Below are positions 41,501 to 64,000 of a stretch of DNA of 64,000 bases, in pieces. Below the pieces are notes generated by a model. It made no database searches and had not been told where the DNA came from. It saw only the letters and a list, made by a program, of their open reading frames with translations. The stretch comes from Podarcis muralis (Eukaryota). The stretch's first letter is position 1. Each line of letters begins with the position of its first letter. A program made the position numbers and the translations under genes. The stretch lies in contig NC_135659.1 in assembly GCF_964188315.1 (NCBI RefSeq), positions 51,832,001 through 51,896,000 of the forward strand. The letters are read 5' to 3'.

Positions 41501-44500
41501 GGGAGTACCCATTCGTCACACACGCACTCCAGCCAAGGCATGAATCTCATCCCCCAGGGGTAATGATACTCACCTGAGGGGTGAACCAGCGATGTATTGA
41601 CCTCCTCTGCCGATCTGTGATGTATTTCGTACTTGTTTTGTGAATCTCATGTTATTGTTGCTTTTATGCTGTTCGTCGCCATGATATTTTCCCATAATGT
41701 CAACTGTACACACCATATTGCAAATAAAATAAATAGAATCGCATATATTAAACGTCGTGGGCTCAGCTCCATGGGACACACACGTTTTCAGTCGTGGGCT
41801 CTGGAGCATGTGAAGATGCAACAAGGGAACGGGTTTGACTGCATACAGAATGCATCTCCCTCCCTTCTAAATCTCCCTCCTTTTTCTCACTTTTGAACTT
41901 AGCAGCAGGTACGCAGGGTCCAAGCATGCAGAAATCTAGGTTCCTCACTTACAAAGGTACACCAAACATGAGGAGTTGGGTCGCCACATCTAAAAAAGAA
42001 GGGGCATTTAGTTGGTATTCCAAAATTAATGATGTTTTGTGTGGTTGTGAGTTTTTGACATGTGAGATAGGGTGGTGGCCCATCTGTTCCTTCCACAGAG
42101 CTCGCCACCCTGACCCATTTTCTGTGGCACTGTGGTTCATCATAGGCCACTTACTAGTCCTGCCCGCCATGTTTTAAGCTAGAATATGATGTTACTTAGG
42201 GTAACCAAAACCAGCAGGGAGCCTGAGCCCAACTGGTGAAATGCAACAAACAAGGAAGTTTGGGCCTCCTTCCAATCTGCAGAATTGGAAATCTCTATAA
42301 TTATTATTATTTTTTAAATCGCTTTTAAGATTCCTTTCAAGTCTAGGGTACTGTAAAAGCAAAGAGGAAGGTCATTCCATTCCCTGTTGCTTCTCCACTC
42401 TTCTCTGAATTTGGCATATAAATGGTCAGGTGGCAAGTTGCTAAGCACATCTGCTGAGGCCCCAGGACAGCGCTAACTGAATGTTTCCACTAAATGTGGC
42501 TTCACAGGACCAGCCTCTTAGCAGGGTTATATAGCCAGAAATGTAAAATGTGTCTGTCACCATGTTGGTGCTTGGTTAGGCAACTTGGAAACGAAGTGGA
42601 GATGCAAGGGAAATTCATGCTGCCAAAGGCATGATAGGGTGGTGCCAATGCTGCCCACAGAAACCACACTTCTCGGCATGCTGGAGGAGAACAAAACCCA
42701 GCAAGAGGCAGTTGCCTCTCCCTGAAGCAACCTCTGTATTAATAATAACTTTGGGCTATCACTTGGATAAGGGGGTGCATAATCAGACCCATGGAGTTTG
42801 GTAGGGTATAGATGTGTCTAACACCAGGGATTTGGGCTCTTCATTTCCAGCACTACATCAGTAATAAAAATATGCAAAATAAATAAAAATAAAGCATACA
42901 TAAAATATAACTCATCGGCTGTAGCAAGGTAGTAACTTGCTTAGGGTTTCCCAAAATGTCCGTATGTTTAGGAGACTGTTATCCAACCTGTGTCTGCTAG
43001 TGCACTGTCACCTTCCTATCTGGCACAGACCATTCAAATGTTCTCTGTCTTGGTTTGGTCTGTCTGTCTGCCCCCCCCCCCAGTTCAGTTCAATTTGTGA
43101 CTCCTTCCTCCCAAAGTTTCTCTTTCCAGCTGTGCTATAGAATGCTTTTGGGATACAAGTGGAGATACATTTCCAGGTAACTGTGAAATGAACCAAGCCT
43201 TCTTCATAAAGGACATTCTAGGAAAGAAGGAGCTCATTAAATGAGAATATGGTTTGGAAGAGATGCTACATGTTAACAGTGGTGAGAGGCCCAGGTAATC
43301 TGAACAATGAACTTGTCATAGTTACATATATTTAATACAAATGCATCTTTCTTTTTATTTCATCTCTGTATCCTTTTCTTTAATAAATAGGATTGAACTT
43401 TAACTTGGGCAAACTATAGCAGGGCTGATGGAACATCACCCTCCCTGAACATTTTTGAGCTGAGACAAGCAAATAAATGCCACCTGTTTGTATGTTACAC
43501 TTCAGAATGGCTGTTCTTGCAACTACACGGGTAGGCCTTGGGAAGAACTCACAATAGACAGCACGGTCTATCTTAGCAGTGGCAGTCCAAGGTTCTTATT
43601 TTTCTCCACTTGGTATCTTTTCAGTTGGAAATGTTAATTATTGGACCTGGGGCATTCTGCATGCAAAACATGTTTTCCTCCAGGGAACTATAACCTCTGC
43701 CAATAGGACCATGCTGCTGTTGCCAAGACAGTGCCATTAACACTAGCCTACAAAATCTCCACACCCTAATACCCTCAAGAATCATCAGGAAGTATTGTCT
43801 GTTCCTCACTAGAATTTGGAGAACCCTGTAAGTTCCAAACAAAGAGCTTCTTTTGTTTTTCTCCCCTCTCAGCCACCCAGCCCCACCCAGCCTTCCCCTC
43901 CAACTATCATGTAACGTAACCTAATGAGTTCAGTGCTTCCAGGCACTCTGCAAGCCATGCCAACATTCTTGCCCAAGCACATCTGAGCTCCTTCAGTCCC
44001 AGTGCAATATTGCGGGGCTCATGTGTTTATTATTCTCTCTCTGTGTGAGAGCTGTCAAGCTCCCCAGTGCTTCTTTACAGCTTTGCATGCCAGCCTAGTG
44101 CCTCGATCTGGTAATCTTTACCTTCCTACCACACCCAGCAACTTGCATGCTCATTAAGTGGGAGGCAGGATACAAATATCCTGGAAGACTCTCCCCACAA
44201 CACCCACCCACGATGCTACAAGGATCCCTGCCAGCTCATTAGTCTGATGAGCCAGCTTGGCTCCTTATGCCGGGCACTCTACAAACATCCAAAGTGAGTG
44301 GATTTTCTGCATCTTACAGCAGATTTGCAGGGATGTGGCAGAATCACCCAGGGAGCCAACACTAAGCCAGCAAAAGCACTGCGATTGTACTTAAGCCTCC
44401 TAGAGAGGAAAAATGGAGGACTTCACTTTCACTCCTTGTGTAGGCTCAGGCCCAGTCTGCACCGCCTCAGAGGTCATCCACATGAGACACAGGACCTCAT

Positions 44501-45247
44501 GGCACTAAGGAAAGAAGCGCCCTCAGAAAAGCGGTGTGGCAAGATTCCTGAGGACAACAGCTCCTAACATAGTGCTAGGAGATAACACCATTTCAGTGTA
44601 GGAAAAAACACAGCAGGTGGCAGGTGGGGACTACAGAAAGGGCCTTCACCATTTTAGCACATCACTGGAATGCTTTCCCAAGAAAGCACACCTAGTGCCA
44701 ACTACAATGCCTTTTTGATGTGACGCACATAGCCTTTTAATTCCCTATACTTCCCCCCCCCGCCTTTTAAATATCAGTTGAAGTGTTTTGTAGTTTGCTG
44801 CTGTTTTTATTTTCAAGCATTTGATTGTGCTGCCACTTCCATTGTTCACTAATCGGAATCTGTTCTTCTTTTAAGCTGCTTTTATTACCATCAGCCTGGC
44901 ACATAGCAGACAGGGCAGGACACACATTTGTTAAATAGAGAGAATTATCTGCAGCACCACAGAAACACGCAAGGCCAGTGTAAGGTTCCTAAAAAGCAAT
45001 GGGCTTGCCAGGGTTATGCCTCTGCAAGATAAGCCACCTCAAGGCAGTAACCGCAACATGTTTTGAGGGGGGAAATGTGGAGCTACAGTGTAGCAGGCCC
45101 TACCCATGCCACAGAACAGCAACCTGTCCTGATCTGAAGGAACCCTCACAACTTCTCCAGCATATTTCCAATGAGAACAAAGCCAAACTAACCCATTTCT
45201 TTGAACAGTGATAGTTACTATGATTTCACATATGGCAATCAGAATGT

Positions 45248-45465
45248 AGGAGGAGGAGGAGTTTGGATTTGATATCCCGCCTTTCACTCCCCTTCAGGAG
45301 TCTCAAAGCGGCTAACATTCTCCTTTCCCTTCCTCCCCCACAACAAACACTCTGTGAGGTGAGTGGGGCTGAGAGACTTCAAAGAAGTGTGACTGGCCCA
45401 AGGTCACCCAGCAGCTGCATGTGGAGGAGCGGAGACGCGAACCTGGTTCCCCAGATTACGAGACT
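45248..45465 (-). mobile_element. tRNA/CORE-type SINE (Squam3-like)
   Basis: Minus strand has a B-box-like ggttcgcgtctcc, CORE-like ctgggtgaccttgggccagtcac, and a tail ending in (CCT)n. Confidence 0.7.
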
Positions 45466-48129
45466 AGGTGTTTTGTTTGGATCAAGATTCATCTTGTGAT
45501 ACTGACTGCTCACCCAATGACTGTATTCAAATACACGGAAGTGGGGTATGCAAAATCTAGGACTTGAGGTTACGTGTACAGGTCAAATTTTGAGTTATTA
45601 TCTATGTAAAGCAAGGCCCCCCTGAGCTGCAATCACAATGAGAAGAACATTAAGAGTATGAACTGCAGGCAAACGAAGCCATCACAAGTAACTGAGATGC
45701 AGACCTTGAAGAGACTTGTTATACATATCTCAGTGCTTAAGAAATGTTGTGCAGGGACCACCGGGCTGCATTCGAAAGCAGGTAAGTCTTGTGGCGCAGC
45801 TTAAAGGTTAGGAAAATAAATCCATCACCCCCACCTATTGCAACTTGTGTTAAGGCTATTCTGGACATATTGTTATAGTCCTATATGTTTTAAATTGGAA
45901 AGATTTTGTAAATACATCACCAGGAAAGAATGTATGTGGCACTAGACAAAACAATGTTTGTCTTTTGAAATCCGTTTTGCCCCACAGCAAGATGTTAGGC
46001 TTGTCAGTTATCAAGCTGAACTGAAATTTGAGGCTCTATGTCCTCTAAATTTACACAAGCCATCACATCTAGCTATCAAAACATGTACAGATCTGAACTG
46101 AAGGAAACGTCCTTGACAGAGCCATTTACTGGAGGGCTTCTTCCACCACCTGACCTACATCATTTTTTAAACACTAAATGAATCCATTTCGGTCAGCCTA
46201 TGAGAGAGCATCGGGGTATCATCAACATAAAGATGATGCTCTCTATCCTTTGATGACTTTTATAACCACATGCTGATAAAGCTACAGTTTGGCAATCAAA
46301 TTATGGAGAGCAAGGGAACATGCAACCCCATCTGGTAGCCCTGCTCTAGCTTATATGGGTCAGATCTTGCCCCACTAGCAATGTTCTTAAAAGCTTTATT
46401 TAGATGAACACCAGTTATGTCATTGAGAAGTGCCGAGAGTGTCCCACAGGAACATCTTTGCCTTCAGAACAAACAGCAGAATGGCTCACACATGTAAATT
46501 CAAGTGTTTGTACTCAAGAGTAGTGGAAAACGTGGAAAAGAGGCTAAATATACAGTTGTCAAAAGTGTTTCAGGAAATCTCCCGGGGTGGGGCTCTGTCC
46601 CAGCAAGGAACCCAAAAGGTGACACTAAACACCCTGCCACATAATTTTTTAAGTTCCTGTAGAAAAATAAGCATAGCTCTGTTGCTCTCCAAAAGCACTG
46701 AGCCAATCAGAACAGTGAAGACTTGCTGTAAATAATGAAATAACAAACGGACAGAATCAGTTTTCTTTTTTTATATATTCCTTAAAATAAGAATATATCA
46801 CAATACCCACCCCCCCCATTTGACTATCTAAACTTTGCAGGGAAAATAACAAATTTTTCTGCCTGGAATCCAGCTCTTTCCTCCCACCCTTACAGTTACC
46901 AGGTAAGGCTGGCATGGGATTGGATTACAGATGGCAAATCCTGCTCAGGACTTAAGCTATAAGATCTTTAGATTCATCCTACCATAAGAAGTGTTTCCCC
47001 TTCTGCAATGTGACTCTCTGGCTTCTAATTTTCAGCTAAGTTTTGCTTTAACTGAAAGCTGCCTTTGGCAACTCCCAAGATAGGATACAAATACAGTTTT
47101 GTAAATTAATATGCTTCATGGTCCTAGGACTGCAAAACTACCCACCCTTGGGAAGAGGTAGCAGGAATACTCTTTACCCTGGGAGAGGGAACCTCCAATC
47201 CATGGGGGTCCAGTGTAGAAACTCAGATACATAAGCTAATCGCTAAATGGTAATTTAAATCTAGGTTGTGGCTGCCACAATGGACTGTCCAGGTCTCATT
47301 TTCTTTCTCAGGGATGATGTTGATGATTAATTTCATTTCTATACCACATTATAAAGGAAAAAAACCCTTAAAGTTTACAACACTTTAAAACTTCAGGGTT
47401 CAAATCCCCACTCAAGTCATGAAGCTCACTGGGTGACCTTGGGCCAGTTACGGCCTTTGCACCTACCTCACAGGCTCTATCAAACCTCTGAGTGATTTGC
47501 AATCAATCAGCAGGGCTTTTCAACTATCAGTTGTCTAAAGGAAATAACAAAATGACCTTTCCTATCTAAATTTGGCCGCTGAAATGATGAAAGTTACGCA
47601 GGAGAAGACTTGGGCAAAAGGACTATGAGCTCCGTTCTAGTACTGAAAACCAATTCCTAGGATTCAAAATGGGCTCAGAGGAACCCCTTCTAAAAAATAA
47701 TAATCTATATTTTGCCCCTGGTTAGTAGATTTTGGATTCCAGTTAAAGAAACAAAGACAATCAGATAAGCCTGAAGTTTGCCCACCCCTGCATTGAGCAG
47801 TTTGATGAGCAGCAGGCACACCACAGAGAAACAGCAACTATTAATCACAGTACAAGACATTTCCCATAATTAATTTTAATTAACCAATCATTTGTGAAGT
47901 TTCAGGGAACTCAAAAAATCACAACTTTTAGCTCCTATGCACCCCTTCAGCATGGAACAGATGTGCCTAGGAGGGCACCTCCCATAGCCTGCAGAGCCAA
48001 ATCTTCAGCCAGTACCACTGGCTGTTCCAGAAAATGTGGACTGTGAGAGGCAGCAGGAGCCGGGGTAGCAGGAGGGGCACAGCAGCACGGGGCGCACAAG
48101 GAAGGGAAACTACTTGGGACACGGATGAG

Positions 48130-48135
48130 TTTATT
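48130..48135 (-). terminator. Poly(A) signal of ATP6V0B
   Basis: AATAAA on minus about 310 nt after the stop codon. Confidence 0.65.
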
Positions 48136-48441
48136 TCACAGAACATGGCATTGCTGTTGGCAGTGGTTGCCACAAAGAGTGCAAGGGCTGGAAGACTCTA
48201 GGCTCCTTCTCCTAGGTCCATCCAGCCCCTTCTTTCAGGGGAAGTGGAGCAGGAAAGGATGGAAGGAAAGGAGGACAGATTCTTTCTCACACACACACCA
48301 ATTGGTCAGGTTCTTCCACGGCCTTGCAGGGAAAGATCACGGGAATAAATTTATACACCAAGCTCCATCCCAAGCCAACAGAAGACATTAAATAAATATG
48401 TACAGAGTCTGCAGCTGGCAGACAGGCTGGTGGCAAAGGGC

Positions 48442-62816
<14,375 letters not shown>

Positions 62817-63149
62817 GGCGGCGGCGGCGGCGAGTCCTCAGAACGGACTGAACGCGACCGGGAATCACCTGACCCACAGAATGACGGGAACCACGCTCCA
62901 CGTGACCAGACCAAGTTTATCTGACGCCTCTGGCCGGCTGGGATGATTGGTCGGCTCGGAAGAGAGCGAAACTCCAGCCCCCACAATGCACCGCGCTGAT
63001 AGGCTTCCCGTTTATTCTACTTTTCCGAGGGCCTTGCTGTGTCGGGATCTTTTATTGGCTGCAAAGCTCCCTGCTAATGACGTAGGAGAGAGAAAGAGAA
63101 GCGTAGCGATAGAAAAAAGACGCGTTCCGATAGGGAAAGGAGCGCGGCG

Positions 63150-63224
63150 TTCTCATTGGGTGCCTTTAATCCCACCCAGGAAGTGTATTGGTGGCCATGT
63201 GGTGGATGTTGGGGGTTCCTCTAG
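63150..63224 (+). other. DPH2: Probable non-coding first exon of DPH2 (5' boundary approximate)
   Basis: Strong donor TAG|GTGAGT at 63224/63225 at the CpG island edge; acceptor tatttttgtag| at 63871/63872 just upstream of the DPH2 ATG. Confidence 0.55.
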
Positions 63225-63413
63225 GTGAGTAGAGTGACAGTAATGGGGCGCAGTAGTTGATGTTTCTTATGTCGGGCGGGCGCGCGGGCGGGGGGATACA
63301 TTTGTTTTGTGTGCAAAGGGGTTCCAGATTAAATTCCTGGCATTTCCAGGTAAGGTTGAGAAATGCGTCTGCCCGAAATGCCAGTCAGTCTTCTTGACAA
63401 CATGGAACTAGAG

Positions 63414-63548
63414 CAGGCATAAGCAAACTCGGCCCTCCAGATTTTTGGGACTACAACCACCACCATCCCTAGCTAACAGGACCAGTGGTCAGGGATGATG
63501 GGAATTGTAGTCTCAAAACTTCTGGAGGACAGAGTTTGCCTATGCCTG
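63414..63548. mobile_element. Palindromic hAT-type MITE (intact) in DPH2 intron 1
   Basis: TIRs CAGGCATAAGCAAACT/AGTTTGCCTATGCCTG; perfect 8-bp TSD AACTAGAG. Confidence 0.9.
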
Positions 63549-63888
63549 AACTAGAGAGACCGGTGTTCTGTCTTTGTGTAGTAAGGAGCCTTCCTGAGTT
63601 CTGCTGTTTCCCAGGCCGCTTCAGTGCCATTTTCTTGTCTCTCTCCTATTTCAGTGCATGTTTCTGAACGAAGGAGGCATTCTAATCAGTGTTAGTAATT
63701 AGAAGCATGGATACAAAGGGTTTTAGCTATGTCTGTTCCCTACTGATTCATACAGAATCTGATCCTGCAAATGTGACCTTGGAGAACTGAAGCTCAGGAC
63801 CATTCTCATCCAGCATCTTGCTAGTAGTGGGATATTGCAATGCGGACGGGCATCACTTTGTATTTTTGTAGTTTGGATATAGGCCACC

Positions 63889-64000
63889 ATGGCAACAGCA
63901 TTCAGCAGTGATGGTGCTGAGGTTATGCAGCGGACCGTGATTCCTGCAGAAGCAAGTGGACGTCCCCCAACCACCAGGCTGGAAGAGTTCTATGAACTGG
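63889..64000 (+). CDS. DPH2: Diphthamide biosynthesis protein 2, N-terminal 37 codons (runs off the window)
   Basis: Perfect Kozak GCCACCATGG. MATAFSSDGAEVMQRTVIPAEASGRPPTTRLEEFYEL resembles the remembered DPH2 N-terminus (MESMFSSPAEAALQR...LDGVYEL). DPH2 is the expected neighbour of ATP6V0B. Confidence 0.8.
   Translation, partial: MATAFSSDGAEVMQRTVIPAEASGRPPTTRLEEFYEL

Noticed and set aside
63883-63897. CCATGGCAAC X-box half-site at the DPH2 start
   Set aside because: Explained by the Kozak sequence plus the Met-Ala-Thr codons; the other half-site is absent.

Overview
Vertebrate genomic DNA from a squamate reptile. Sauria SINEs, BovB and squamate-type MITEs point to a lizard, possibly a lacertid (inference). 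The window corresponds to the human 1p34 block. In order it holds: the 3' nine coding exons of SLC6A9/GlyT1 (+), complete CCDC24 (-), a complete 3-exon secreted triple-VWC protein gene of the Brorin (VWC2/VWC2L) family (+), complete B4GALT2 (-), complete ATP6V0B (-), and the first coding bases of DPH2 (+). All exon chains were assembled by hand and keep frame across splice junctions. There are two main departures from the human arrangement as I remember it. (1) The extra Brorin-family paralog sits between CCDC24 and B4GALT2 and shares a bidirectional CpG island, containing an RFX X-box, with CCDC24. (2) DPH2 is head-to-head with ATP6V0B on a short bidirectional promoter carrying a TFEB/CLEAR-type element. 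Smaller observations include a GC-AG intron, overlapping opposite-strand poly(A) signals, candidate uORFs and alternative GlyT1 C-termini, and nested or recent transposon insertions. No tRNA, rRNA or CRISPR features were seen. No database searches were run, so homology calls rest on remembered sequences.
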